Assembly (NCBI GenBank): GCA_944359075.1
Contig: CALVSR010000003.1
Coordinates: 1-44,037 of the forward strand
Direction of reading: 5' to 3'
DNA: 44,037 nucleotides
DNA from: an uncultured Bacilli bacterium
GTDB lineage: Bacteria > Bacillota_I > Bacilli_A > RF39 > UBA660
The notes under the pieces were generated by a model. That model was not told the DNA's origin. It saw only the letters and a list, made by a program, of their open reading frames with translations, and did not search any database. This document shows positions 28,427-40,767 of this stretch, in pieces. The first letter of the stretch is position 1, and each line of letters opens with the position of its first letter. The translations under genes and the position numbers were made by a program.

Positions 28427-29650
28427 ATGGAAAAACCATTAGCTTTAAAACTTGCTCCCAATTCAATTGATGAAGTCATCGGGCAAAAACATTTATTAGG
28501 AAAGGGGAAAGTATTACGAAATTTAGTCGAAAATAAGAAATTGTTTTCCATGATTTTATATGGTCCTCCTGGTATTGGTAAAACATCGATTGCCAATGCA
28601 ATTGTGAAAAATTTAGATGTTAGATATCGATTTTTAAATGCTACTATGAATAATAAAAAAGATTTTGATATCGTAGTAGAAGAAGCCAAGATGTATGATG
28701 GAATTGTTTTAATTATGGATGAAATTCATCGCTTAAATAAAGATAAACAGGATTTATTACTTCCTCAACTGGAAAGCGGTTTAATTACTTTAATTGGTAT
28801 GACTACTTCTAATCCTTATTTTAAAATCAACCCTGCTATTCGTAGTCGATGTCATATTTTTGAATTGAAACCTTTAGATAACGATGATATTATAGAAGGA
28901 CTAAAAAAAGCCTGTCAACATCCTGATTTAAAGGAAATTCAGATAGACGATGATTCTTTAAAATATATCGCCAATTTAGCTGGAAGTGATTTAAGATACG
29001 CTTATAATTTGTTAGAGCTAGCCTACTATTCTAGTAGTGATAAAAAAATCAACTTAGAATTATTAAAAACTATCAATAGTAAACCGGTAATTATCTCGGA
29101 TAAAGATGAATCCGGTCATTATGATTTACTTTCTGCTTTCCAAAAATCCATTCGTGGAAGTGATGTAGATGCTGCCCTACACTATTTGGCTAGATTAATT
29201 GCGATTGGCGATTTAGATAGTATTTATCGTAGAATGAGTGTAATTGCGTATGAAGATATTGGGTTAGCCAATCCAGATATTGGACCAAGAGTAATGGCTG
29301 CGATATCTGCTAGTGAATTAGTTGGTCTTCCAGAAGCTAGAATTCCTTTGGGAGATATTGTAGTTCAAATGGCTCTTTCTCCTAAGTCAAATTCTTCTCA
29401 TATTGCCTTAGACGAGGCTATTCGTGATGTAGAAACCGGTAGATGCGGTGAAATCCCTGATACTATCAAAATCCACTCTACTATTTATAAATATCCACAT
29501 GATTATCCTAACCATTTTGTAGTACAACAATACCTTCCAAATAATTTAGTTGGAAAAAAATATTTCAAACCGCAAGATACTTCACCCAACGAAAGGATGC
29601 TAAAGCAGATTAAGGAAAAATTAGATAAACTAAAAGAAGGTGGCGCATAG
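28427..29650 (+). CDS. rarA: Replication-associated recombination protein A (RarA/MgsA)
   Basis: GPPGIGKTS, DEIHR, HYDLLSAFQKSIRGSD, EDIGLA and YKYPHDY motifs. Confidence 0.95.
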   Translation: MEKPLALKLAPNSIDEVIGQKHLLGKGKVLRNLVENKKLFSMILYGPPGIGKTSIANAIVKNLDVRYRFLNATMNNKKDFDIVVEEAKMYDGIVLIMDEIHRLNKDKQDLLLPQLESGLITLIGMTTSNPYFKINPAIRSRCHIFELKPLDNDDIIEGLKKACQHPDLKEIQIDDDSLKYIANLAGSDLRYAYNLLELAYYSSSDKKINLELLKTINSKPVIISDKDESGHYDLLSAFQKSIRGSDVDAALHYLARLIAIGDLDSIYRRMSVIAYEDIGLANPDIGPRVMAAISASELVGLPEARIPLGDIVVQMALSPKSNSSHIALDEAIRDVETGRCGEIPDTIKIHSTIYKYPHDYPNHFVVQQYLPNNLVGKKYFKPQDTSPNERMLKQIKEKLDKLKEGGA

Positions 29651-29651
29651 T

Positions 29652-30266
29652 ATGGGAAAAATATTTTGCTTTATGGGAAAGAGTTCTTCTGGTAAGGATA
29701 CAATTTTTAAGATAGTTTCAAATGACTTAGCTGGTATCAAACCAATCGTTTTATATACTACTCGACCTATTCGCGAACATGAAATAGAAGGTGTTACTTA
29801 CCATTATGTCAGTGATTCTGTTTACAAAGATATGCTCCAAAATAATTTGGTGATAGAATCGAGAAGCTATCAAACTATCTACGGAACATGGATTTATTTT
29901 ACAGCAGCCACCAATATTGATTTAGAAAATAATTCCTATATGATGATTAATACTCTTGCTGGATATGAAGCTTTAAAAAATTATTATGGAGAAGATAAAG
30001 TAATTCCAATCTATATTCAAGTAGAAGATGGCATCAGATTGGAACGTGCCTTAACTCGTGAGAGAAAAGAACCAGAACCAAAATATGAAGAAATGTGTCG
30101 AAGATTTCTAGCAGATCAGATAGATTTTTGTGAAGAAAATTTAATCAAAGCAAAAATAAAGGAACGTTTTGATAATAACCACTTAACAGAATGTATTTTA
30201 GCAATTGAGAAGAAAATAAATGAAATATTAGAAAAAGATACAAAACAAAGACAATATCACAAATAA
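29652..30266 (+). CDS. gmk: Guanylate kinase-like protein
   Basis: GKSSSGKDT P-loop and YTTRPIR..E.EG..YHYV motif. Confidence 0.75.
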   Translation: MGKIFCFMGKSSSGKDTIFKIVSNDLAGIKPIVLYTTRPIREHEIEGVTYHYVSDSVYKDMLQNNLVIESRSYQTIYGTWIYFTAATNIDLENNSYMMINTLAGYEALKNYYGEDKVIPIYIQVEDGIRLERALTRERKEPEPKYEEMCRRFLADQIDFCEENLIKAKIKERFDNNHLTECILAIEKKINEILEKDTKQRQYHK

Positions 30267-30283
30267 TAGATATTGTCTTTTTT
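30247..30283 (+). terminator. Rho-independent terminator
   Basis: AAAGACAATATC...GATATTGTCTTT followed by a T run. Confidence 0.65.
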
Positions 30284-30287
30284 AGAA

Positions 30288-30319
30288 CAAATTGTTTTAC
30301 AAATCAATAAAACAATTTG
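30288..30319. promoter_or_regulatory. Perfect 12-bp inverted repeat (putative operator) upstream of the XRE gene
   Basis: CAAATTGTTTTA-N8-TAAAACAATTTG overlapping a TTTACA -35-like box. Confidence 0.5.
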
Positions 30320-30355
30320 CTTTATTATACAATCACCTTATGAGGTGTATATAGT

Positions 30356-30589
30356 ATGCTAAGATTAAAAGATCTCCGAGAAGATCACGATTTATTACAA
30401 AAAGAAGTAGCAGATTATTTGAATGTTTCTCAAGTAGCATATAGCTATTATGAAATTGGGAAAAGAATGATTCCTTTTGAATTACTAATGAAACTAGCAG
30501 AATACTACCATACTAGCGTGGATTACATTCTAGGACTTACCAATCAAAAGGAACCCTACCCAAAAATAAACGACAAGGTTAAAATATAA
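30356..30589 (+). CDS. XRE-family HTH transcriptional regulator
   Basis: RLKDLREDHDLLQKEVADYL...YSYYEIGKR...TSVDYILGLT. Confidence 0.9.
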   Translation: MLRLKDLREDHDLLQKEVADYLNVSQVAYSYYEIGKRMIPFELLMKLAEYYHTSVDYILGLTNQKEPYPKINDKVKI

Positions 30590-30612
30590 ACTACCGTATT
30601 TCTTATAAAATG

Positions 30613-30640
30613 AAACCAAGATAAAAATTTATCTTGGTTT
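30613..30640. terminator. Bidirectional terminator
   Basis: AAACCAAGATAAA-aa-TTTATCTTGGTTT between convergent genes. Confidence 0.7.
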
Positions 30641-31766
30641 AATCATTTTCTCTTACAAATCTAGTAAAGTTCTTGATATCATTATCATCTGCTAAATTGG
30701 TTTCATTTAATTCTTCCAATAATCGTTTCTGTTCTTTGGTAAGCTTTTTAGGAGTTACAATTTTTAAAACAATATACATATCTCCTTTTCTTCTTGTAGC
30801 TTCATTATTAATTCCTTTTCCTTTAATACGATGTTTGTCACCCGATTCACTACCAGCAGGTATCGTTAAGGTAACATTGCCATATAGAGTTGGAATTTCT
30901 TTCTTGCATCCAAGCACTGCTTCCGTAATTGTGATTGGTGCTTCAATATAGATATCATTTTCGTCACGAACAAAAAATTCATGTTCTGCCACATTAAATT
31001 CGATATATAAATCACCATTTGGACCACCATTAGCGCCAGCAGACCCCTTACCAGATAATTTTAATCTAGTTCCTGTATCCACACCAGCTGGAACTTTTAC
31101 TTCGATTTCTTTATTGTTTTTAACACTGCCTTTTCCATGGCAATGGCTACAAGTTCTATCATAAGTTTTACCTGCACCGCCACATTTTGTACAAGTTGTT
31201 TTGGATAAGAAACTACCAAATATCGTATGTTGCTCACTAGTAATGGTTCCACTACCATGACATTTATCACAAGTAGTCTCACCAAAACCACCTTTACCAT
31301 CACATTCGCTACACTCTTCGACTACATCTACACGAATCGTTTTTTTACATCCAAATACTGCTTCTTCAAAAGATAACTTCATTTGCATTAAAGTATCGCT
31401 TCCACGACGGGCACGACTACTAGAACGGCCGCTTGAGAAACCACCACCAAAACTACCAAAAATATTATCAAAGATGTCACCGTAATCAAATCCAGAAAAA
31501 TCAAAGCCACCAAAACCGCCAGCACCTCCAGCACCACCGCCTTGAAATGCCGCATGACCAAACTGATCATACTGTTGACGTTTTGTCTCATCAGATAAAA
31601 CCGAATAGGCCTCTTGAATTTCTTTGAATTTTGCCTCGGCATCTGCTTCTTTACTTACATCTGGATGATATTTTTTAGCCAATTTTCGAAAAGCACTTTT
31701 AATCTCATCCTGACTAGCATTTTTACTAACACCAAGGACCTCATAATAATCTTTTTTATCCATCAT
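30639..31766 (-). CDS. dnaJ: Chaperone DnaJ
   Basis: J domain with HPD, G/F-rich region, four CxxCxGxG repeats. Confidence 0.98.
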   Translation of the reverse strand: MMDKKDYYEVLGVSKNASQDEIKSAFRKLAKKYHPDVSKEADAEAKFKEIQEAYSVLSDETKRQQYDQFGHAAFQGGGAGGAGGFGGFDFSGFDYGDIFDNIFGSFGGGFSSGRSSSRARRGSDTLMQMKLSFEEAVFGCKKTIRVDVVEECSECDGKGGFGETTCDKCHGSGTITSEQHTIFGSFLSKTTCTKCGGAGKTYDRTCSHCHGKGSVKNNKEIEVKVPAGVDTGTRLKLSGKGSAGANGGPNGDLYIEFNVAEHEFFVRDENDIYIEAPITITEAVLGCKKEIPTLYGNVTLTIPAGSESGDKHRIKGKGINNEATRRKGDMYIVLKIVTPKKLTKEQKRLLEELNETNLADDNDIKNFTRFVREND

Positions 31767-31776
31767 TTATCACCTC

Positions 31777-33570
31777 TTACATCAAGGATCTATATTCATT
31801 GATCAATTCTTGGAACATATCGATTGCTCCATTTACTACTTTCTCATCTAACATATCAACGCCGGCAATCTTTAATTCCTCTATTGGATCTTTAGAATCT
31901 CCTGTTTTTAAGAAGTCTAAATAATCTTCTACTGCATTCTCTTCTTGATTTCTAATTCTACTAACAATATAACATGCAGCAGATAATCCAGTTGCATACT
32001 GATATACATAAAAATCATAATAGAGATGAAGAATACGCTCCCATTCATAACGAATCTCATCATTGATAATAACATCATCACCAAAGTATTCTTGATTCAA
32101 TTGATAATACTTATTAGATAACATCTCATTCGTTAAAACATGGCCATTTTCATATGAATCAAAGATAAAATCTTCAAACTCACTGAACATAGTCTGACGA
32201 TAAATAGTACTTTTAAATAGATCCATCATTTCACTTAAAATAGCTTTTTTCTCTTCCTTGGTATTAGCATGTTCCAACATATAATAGTTTAACAACATTT
32301 CATTTACCGTGGAAGCTACTTCGGCCACAAATATCTTATAATTACTATATAAATAAGGATTATTTTGATTAGAATAGTAAGTATGCATCGAATGTCCTAA
32401 TTCATGAGCTAGTGTTGATACATCATGATAGCCTCCTTGAAAATTTAAAAGAATAAATGGTTTAGTGTCATAGCTACCTGAAGAATATGCTCCATCTCTT
32501 TTGGCTTTATTAGGATAGATGTCAAACCAACGATTTGAAAAAGCTGAACTGGCAACTTTATGATAATCATTACCAAATATACTAACAACATCTAAAACAA
32601 TTTTTTTAGCTTCCTCAAATGTGTATGTTTTATCAATACCGGACTCTAAATTCACATAAGTATCATATAAACAGAAATCATCTAGTTTTAATACTTCTTT
32701 TTTTAATTTAAAGTACTGATAAACAACATCCATTCGCTTATGAACTGTCTGAATCAACAAATCATAAACTTTAGGATTTACGCAATTGCGAAATAAACTA
32801 GCTTCTTTACTATTTTTAAAACCACGAAGCTTACTAGAATTGGCTAATACCATAACATGACCTTGCAAGGTTTCAGCTAAAGTTTCTTTATAATTGGCAT
32901 AAGAACGATACATAGTTTCAAATGCCTCTTTTCTAACCCTTCGATTTTTACTTTTTAAAAACAAAGTGTAATTCTCATTATTTATTTTTACTTCTTGACC
33001 ATTTTCATCGATAATGGTACCAAACTGCAATTCAGAGTTGCGAATAATACCGGCTATTTTTTCAGGTTCAGATGCAATCATTTGCATAGAAGATAAAATT
33101 CTTTCTTCTTGCTCAGAAAGTACATGTGGTTTATTTCTAAAAATGCGCTCTAACAGCAACTGATATTCCTTTAACTTTGGTTCTTCTTCTATGTATTTTT
33201 GAATCAAAGAAAAATCTTCCTTTAATATTTCTGGGACAATAAAAGAACCATTCTTACTATATTCTGTATATAAATTATCGAACTTACCTTTCAATTCTTG
33301 ACTTTGAACATTAGACAAATCCTCATCATACTTACGATAAGTATAGGTAGCCAATTTATTAATTGTTCTTTCTATTGTTTGATCTAACTCTAATGTTTCT
33401 AATAAAGATTTACTACTATCTAGAATATGATTTTGATACTTACTAATTTCTTGCATCCATTGATAAACCATATCATACTCTTTTTTATATTCTTTCATAC
33501 TAGGATAAATACTTTCTAAATCCCAAGTATTTTCTTTCTTTTGTTCACTTCGCAATAATTCTTTTTTCAT
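31777..33570 (-). CDS. pepF: Oligoendopeptidase F (M3B)
   Basis: TWDL..IY, GAYSSG, TLAHELGHSMH, FVAEVAST and FYVYQYATG motifs. Confidence 0.95.
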   Translation of the reverse strand: MKKELLRSEQKKENTWDLESIYPSMKEYKKEYDMVYQWMQEISKYQNHILDSSKSLLETLELDQTIERTINKLATYTYRKYDEDLSNVQSQELKGKFDNLYTEYSKNGSFIVPEILKEDFSLIQKYIEEEPKLKEYQLLLERIFRNKPHVLSEQEERILSSMQMIASEPEKIAGIIRNSELQFGTIIDENGQEVKINNENYTLFLKSKNRRVRKEAFETMYRSYANYKETLAETLQGHVMVLANSSKLRGFKNSKEASLFRNCVNPKVYDLLIQTVHKRMDVVYQYFKLKKEVLKLDDFCLYDTYVNLESGIDKTYTFEEAKKIVLDVVSIFGNDYHKVASSAFSNRWFDIYPNKAKRDGAYSSGSYDTKPFILLNFQGGYHDVSTLAHELGHSMHTYYSNQNNPYLYSNYKIFVAEVASTVNEMLLNYYMLEHANTKEEKKAILSEMMDLFKSTIYRQTMFSEFEDFIFDSYENGHVLTNEMLSNKYYQLNQEYFGDDVIINDEIRYEWERILHLYYDFYVYQYATGLSAACYIVSRIRNQEENAVEDYLDFLKTGDSKDPIEELKIAGVDMLDEKVVNGAIDMFQELINEYRSLM

Positions 33571-33647
33571 GGCTTCTCCTTATTTATATGATAGCAACAA
33601 AAACTTAAGTCCTAGTTAGACTACTAGAACTTAGTTTTATGCCTGAT

Positions 33648-36136
<2,489 letters not shown>

Positions 36137-36142
36137 ATCCTC

Positions 36143-37132
36143 CTATTTTTCAATGTTTTCTTTAATAAATTCTAGAAGTGTTACTACTCTATCATACTCC
36201 ATTCGTTTAGGACCAACAATTGCAATGGTTCCCTCTTGATCTTTTGTATGGTATTTTGTTTTAATAACAGTTACCTCTTCATCTAGTTTATTTTCTTTTC
36301 CTATATAAATATTGATATCGTTATTTTCTTCCGTTATATTATTAATGATTTCTTCATTATTGTCTAATTTTCCAAAAATATCTCGAATTTTTTCAATATT
36401 ATTAAATTCAGGTTGCTTCAAAATATTATTTTTACCGACAACATTAATATTCTTACTAGAAAAATCTTTAAATACTTGATAGAACGTATTATAAACCATC
36501 TCATGTTCCTTTACATATCTACCAATAATTGGTTTAATTTCAAATTCTAGTTTACTGCTAACTTCATCAATTGGTGTACCAACGATTAAATCATTAATTA
36601 AGTTTACCGTTTTCTTAATTTCTTCCAGTGATACATTTTTTAGTGTTACTTTCTTGTTTTCAACATGTCCTGTATCCGTAACTACAATTACAATCAAATT
36701 ATCTGTATCAATGGGAATAACATTGATTTCTTTTAGTTTGTTGTCATGGGAAGTTCCCCCTAAAACAATCGATGTATAGTTAGTCATGTCTGAAATTAAT
36801 TTTAAGCTTTCACTTAAACAATCACTTAATTCGAGTTGTTGGTTATTGAAGATAATTTGCAGTTTTAACATATCTTCTCCATTTAATTCTTTCGGTTTCA
36901 TTAAATGGTCTACATAATATCGATATCCTTTTTCACTAGGAACTCTACCAGATGATGTGTGTGTTTTTTCTAGGAGTCCTAACTCTTCTAAGCTAGCCAT
37001 TTCATTTCTAACGGTTGCACTAGAACAGTTTAATTCTTTGCAAATCAAATTAGAACCTACTGGACGAGCTGATTGGATATATTCTGTGATGATTAACTTT
37101 AAAATCTGACTTTGTCTTTCTGTTAGCATCAC
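36143..37132 (-). CDS. hrcA: Heat-inducible repressor HrcA
   Basis: SSATVRNEM, HTSSGRVPS.KGYRYYVD and GPKRMEY motifs. Confidence 0.97.
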   Translation of the reverse strand: MMLTERQSQILKLIITEYIQSARPVGSNLICKELNCSSATVRNEMASLEELGLLEKTHTSSGRVPSEKGYRYYVDHLMKPKELNGEDMLKLQIIFNNQQLELSDCLSESLKLISDMTNYTSIVLGGTSHDNKLKEINVIPIDTDNLIVIVVTDTGHVENKKVTLKNVSLEEIKKTVNLINDLIVGTPIDEVSSKLEFEIKPIIGRYVKEHEMVYNTFYQVFKDFSSKNINVVGKNNILKQPEFNNIEKIRDIFGKLDNNEEIINNITEENNDINIYIGKENKLDEEVTVIKTKYHTKDQEGTIAIVGPKRMEYDRVVTLLEFIKENIEK

Positions 37133-37142
37133 TTACCTCCTA

Positions 37143-37169
37143 TTAGCACTGCTAATTCTCAAGTGCTAA
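37143..37169. promoter_or_regulatory. CIRCE operator
   Basis: TTAGCACTg-N9-aAGTGCTAA against consensus TTAGCACTC-N9-GAGTGCTAA. Confidence 0.92.
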
Positions 37170-37173
37170 TACC

Positions 37174-37202
37174 ATTATATTCTTATTATTAGCAAAAGTC
37201 AA
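37174..37202 (-). promoter_or_regulatory. SigA promoter of the hrcA operon
   Basis: Minus strand TTGACT-N17-TATAAT. Confidence 0.85.
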
Positions 37203-37215
37203 CAAAGATTGCTAA
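37189..37215. promoter_or_regulatory. Second, degenerate CIRCE overlapping the -35 box
   Basis: TTAGCA-N15-TGCTAA, the same geometry as CIRCE. Confidence 0.55.
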
Positions 37216-37263
37216 AATTTTAAAACATTTTACGACAAAGAAAAAAAGCTAATCATTAGCAGC

Positions 37264-37875
37264 TTAATTTTTCTTAATATATTGTGGATTTATGGTTATA
37301 TTTGCTTTTTGATTTTCCTTTTTTTCTGTATTATACCAGCTATTACTATAAGTGTGTTCGCTTGTTTTAATATATTCTCTTTTCATTCTTTTTCCTTGTT
37401 TAAGAAGTAAATCAAAATAACGATTTACCGGTCCTTGATAAGTTAGATGATAGCAGAAGGATTGCATGATTTCTAATGTTTTTTCATCATATTGCTCTAA
37501 AATTTTTTGAATTTCTTCTTCTTCAAATTCTACTTCTAAGCGAGAATGTTGAAAGTCATATTTTATAGCTTTGTTGATTTTTTGCAAATATTTTTTAAAA
37601 GCATTTGTAAAAGCGGTTTCCCATTTTAATTGTTTTTCATAATACTGATAAGAATCAATTAATTGCAAAAACAGAATAATTTCTTCATCTTGACTATACA
37701 TAATATTTTCAATTTGTTCTAGTAAATTGCTCGGAATATTTGCTATCCATTCTCTTTTCTGAGTAATAAAATTGAATCCTTTATCATCTGTTAACATTAT
37801 TAATAAAAGTTCAATAAAATGTTCTAAATCAATCACAGGCTCAATATTAAAAAAATGTCCATTATCTATTTTCAT
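37264..37875 (-). CDS. Hypothetical protein
   Basis: 203-aa ORF co-oriented with and abutting the upstream gene; no recognised motif. Confidence 0.65.
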   Translation of the reverse strand: MKIDNGHFFNIEPVIDLEHFIELLLIMLTDDKGFNFITQKREWIANIPSNLLEQIENIMYSQDEEIILFLQLIDSYQYYEKQLKWETAFTNAFKKYLQKINKAIKYDFQHSRLEVEFEEEEIQKILEQYDEKTLEIMQSFCYHLTYQGPVNRYFDLLLKQGKRMKREYIKTSEHTYSNSWYNTEKKENQKANITINPQYIKKN

Positions 37876-37877
37876 AT

Positions 37878-38429
37878 TTATTCTTCTTTCTTTAGTTCAT
37901 ATTCCTTACAATAACAGTTTTCAATCTTAAAATCAAGCAAATTGTTATTCAAATTACTATTTTTTAAAATATGATGTAAACATCTAGTAATAGCCCCATG
38001 AGAAACAATTAATATAGTAGCATTATTGGAATAGCTCTTTCTTATATCTTTTATAAAACTATTACATCTACTAAAAATATCTTGGATAGGCTCCACTTCT
38101 TGATCATTAGAATTTAGATAGTAATCCCAGTATTTTTTGACATCATAAGCTTTTCTATCTTTTCCCTCTAGCTTACCCAAACCTCTTTCGATTAACCTTT
38201 TATCTTCTTTAATTTCTACTCTATCTCCTACTAAAATCATAGCCGTTGACCAAGCTCTAATTAATGGTGAAGTAAAACAGCTATCAAATTTAATGTTTTT
38301 TAATTTGCTTTTTAACTCCATTGCCTGTTTTATACCATTTTCATTCAGCTGTAAGTTCTGTGATTGTCCTTGCATAATATGATTTTTATTAGCATCTGTT
38401 TCCCCATGTCTAACCAAATATATTTTCAT
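37878..38429 (-). CDS. Histidine phosphatase (phosphoglycerate mutase-like) family protein
   Basis: LVRHGET, TSPL.RA, ERGLG.LEG and VSHG motifs; SD favours ATG 38429. Confidence 0.9.
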   Translation of the reverse strand: MKIYLVRHGETDANKNHIMQGQSQNLQLNENGIKQAMELKSKLKNIKFDSCFTSPLIRAWSTAMILVGDRVEIKEDKRLIERGLGKLEGKDRKAYDVKKYWDYYLNSNDQEVEPIQDIFSRCNSFIKDIRKSYSNNATILIVSHGAITRCLHHILKNSNLNNNLLDFKIENCYCKEYELKKEE

Positions 38430-38463
38430 AGTAATTCCTTTCCTAGTTCTTAGACTTTGCTTA

Positions 38464-39015
38464 TTACCGTTTTTCTTTTCTATAAATTCTAATGTTTTTA
38501 TATCCATATTTTCTTTCTTTTTCTAAAACGAATCCTACATAGTTCTCTTTAAAGCAATCAAATTCATATTCACAGACTATAATTCCCTCATCATTTAATA
38601 AGTTATACTCTATTATTTTTTCTAAAATATAGTCCAGACAATCTAAGTGGTATGGCGGATCTAAAAAAATAATATCAAAGCTTATTTGATGTTCTTTAAA
38701 ATAGTCTAACGCTTTTTGATAATCAAGATTTAATATTATGGTAGTATTCGCATCGATTCCTTTTAAATTTCGTTTTAAGACTCCAATACATTTTATATTA
38801 TTGTCTACAAAATAGGATAAGCTTGCCCCATTGCTTAATGCTTCTATACCCAAATTACCACTACCTGCAAATAAATCCAAAACAGCAGAATCATACAAAT
38901 CATTTTGAATCATAGCAAACAAACTTTCTTTTACTCTATCTTGAGTAGGTCTAGTTCCTTGGATATCATACCCATCTAGTTTCTTTCCTTTGTATTTTCC
39001 ACTAATGATTCTCAT
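38464..39015 (-). CDS. rsmD: 16S rRNA (guanine966-N2)-methyltransferase RsmD
   Basis: MRIISGKYKG, RPT.DRVKESLF, DLFAGSG and DPPY motifs. Confidence 0.95.
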   Translation of the reverse strand: MRIISGKYKGKKLDGYDIQGTRPTQDRVKESLFAMIQNDLYDSAVLDLFAGSGNLGIEALSNGASLSYFVDNNIKCIGVLKRNLKGIDANTTIILNLDYQKALDYFKEHQISFDIIFLDPPYHLDCLDYILEKIIEYNLLNDEGIIVCEYEFDCFKENYVGFVLEKERKYGYKNIRIYRKEKR

Positions 39016-39310
39016 GATTACAACCTCTTTCATCAGTCAATAATTTTAATTTTTGATTAATTTCCAAAATTAATAAATTAATTTCATTTTCATAATGCTT
39101 AAATGCTACAAAATCAGGATTTTCAAATAATTCTTGTTTTAGCATCAAATATTCATCACTATACATATCTAATGTTGGAAGTTGCCTTATTTTGTTCAAA
39201 AAGACTTTATCATGTAGCAGTTTTTCCTTATACTGTTTAACAGCAACCACTCTCTCATCATGATCCAAAATATCAAACAATTCTGTTAATTTAATATTGA
39301 TTTTTTCCAT
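39002..39310 (-). CDS. YlbF/YmcA-like protein
   Basis: Helical ~100-aa protein with a C-terminal Cys; position in the Bacillus ylbD-E-F...rsmD order. Confidence 0.55.
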   Translation of the reverse strand: MEKINIKLTELFDILDHDERVVAVKQYKEKLLHDKVFLNKIRQLPTLDMYSDEYLMLKQELFENPDFVAFKHYENEINLLILEINQKLKLLTDERGCNHENH

Positions 39311-39358
39311 ACATATCACATTATTATTATAAAGAAAAAAACCGATGATGTCTATCGG

Positions 39359-39580
39359 TTATCTTAAAATATCTATGAAAGTTCTTACCATTTCTATTTT
39401 TTGATTTAAGTTATCTATTTTATCTGTTAAATTTAATTTATAAGCATTTTTCATTTCGGCTTCCATCTGTTTAATACTATTAGGATCTCTATTTAAAGCT
39501 TTGTACCAACTAGAATTATCTCTTAAATAACGGTAAAGATAGGGATTATTCCTGATTTTAATTTGTGTTTCTACATTCAT
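39359..39580 (-). CDS. ylbE: YlbE-like protein
   Basis: YLRDNSSWYK.LNRDP motif; synteny. Confidence 0.75.
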   Translation of the reverse strand: MNVETQIKIRNNPYLYRYLRDNSSWYKALNRDPNSIKQMEAEMKNAYKLNLTDKIDNLNQKIEMVRTFIDILR

Positions 39581-39954
39581 TAGTCTTCTAGATGTTTATA
39601 AAGTGGCCTTGCTTGATAGTTGTTAGTCGCTTTGGAACCTCCAAAATCTTGTACCAAAGCAATTGCTTTTTGCAACCCCTCTGCCCCTTTACGAACAGAT
39701 TCTAAATCTATCTTCTTTACCATATTAAAAAGATCTTTTAAAGAAGTATCCCCAACAGTAGCAGCTGTTTTAGTAGTAGTTTGTGTAGTACTTCTAGCAT
39801 CCCCTGCTTCTTGATATTTTAGCCAAACAGAATTATTCTCCCCATAGATATCATACATTTCATAAAACTTTTGCCAACTCATGCGCCCACTATTGACATA
39901 ATTAATTAACTCCGGATGACTTCTTACAAATCGTTTAAAATCTTCCTTTGCCAT
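39580..39954 (-). CDS. ylbD: YlbD-like spore coat-associated protein
   Basis: FKRFV..HP.L...V..G..SWQ.FYE...IYGE...W motif. Confidence 0.8.
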   Translation of the reverse strand: MAKEDFKRFVRSHPELINYVNSGRMSWQKFYEMYDIYGENNSVWLKYQEAGDARSTTQTTTKTAATVGDTSLKDLFNMVKKIDLESVRKGAEGLQKAIALVQDFGGSKATNNYQARPLYKHLED

Positions 39955-40015
39955 TTTATCACCAACCTAATTCTACTTTATATATATGAAAAAGGTAGGC
40001 ATTTGTTTCCTATTT

Positions 40016-40765
40016 TTAAGCATCATAAATTTGATTGATATTTTTTCTCTTAATTCTTGCTGTTAACATTGGAATTTGCAAAAGTGAAATGATAAAAGCA
40101 GTAACGATAGGAAAAAGCATAAACGAGATATTAACATTTATACTTAATATTCTATTTATAATAATAAGAATACAAAGAGAAAGACCTCCGGATAATAAAA
40201 GTAATAAATAGATTTTCATCATCGTAATATAACATATGATATAGTTACGATAACCCAACACTTTTAACATAATAATATTCTTGTTATCCCATAATAGTAA
40301 TAATTTGATTTCGATGTACATGATAATCACATACAAGATAATCAATATGATAGTAAAAACTTTCAAAAAAAATTCTACTGTTTTATATGATTCTAATTCA
40401 GAAGTGGAACTATAACTAACCAAGTAAGGACTTAAGTCTAACTCTTTTAGTTTCGTTTCCACATAATCAACATTTTTTTCTATATCTACCAAAATAGTAA
40501 CAAAATAGTAATTAGCAGAAATTTCTTCTACAGATGTTTTCTCAATATGTTCGATTTCATTAATAGTTTCTAAAACATTTTTATCTTTTACTTCAACCAT
40601 AAGCTCACGGTTGTTTTCTTTGTTTTCTATGGCTTGTATTTTGACATTTGTTGCAAAATAGTTAGCTAGAATCAAAGATAAAAAAAGAAAAAGAATGGTA
40701 AATATACTAAGGGATAAGAAAAATCTAATTTTGGAACGAAAAAAGGTATAGACCAATGATAACAT
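40016..40765 (-). CDS. ABC transporter permease (FtsX/MacB-like)
   Basis: 1+3 TM layout; MLKVLGY motif. Confidence 0.8.
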   Translation of the reverse strand: MLSLVYTFFRSKIRFFLSLSIFTILFLFLSLILANYFATNVKIQAIENKENNRELMVEVKDKNVLETINEIEHIEKTSVEEISANYYFVTILVDIEKNVDYVETKLKELDLSPYLVSYSSTSELESYKTVEFFLKVFTIILIILYVIIMYIEIKLLLLWDNKNIIMLKVLGYRNYIICYITMMKIYLLLLLSGGLSLCILIIINRILSINVNISFMLFPIVTAFIISLLQIPMLTARIKRKNINQIYDA

Positions 40766-40767
40766 AT

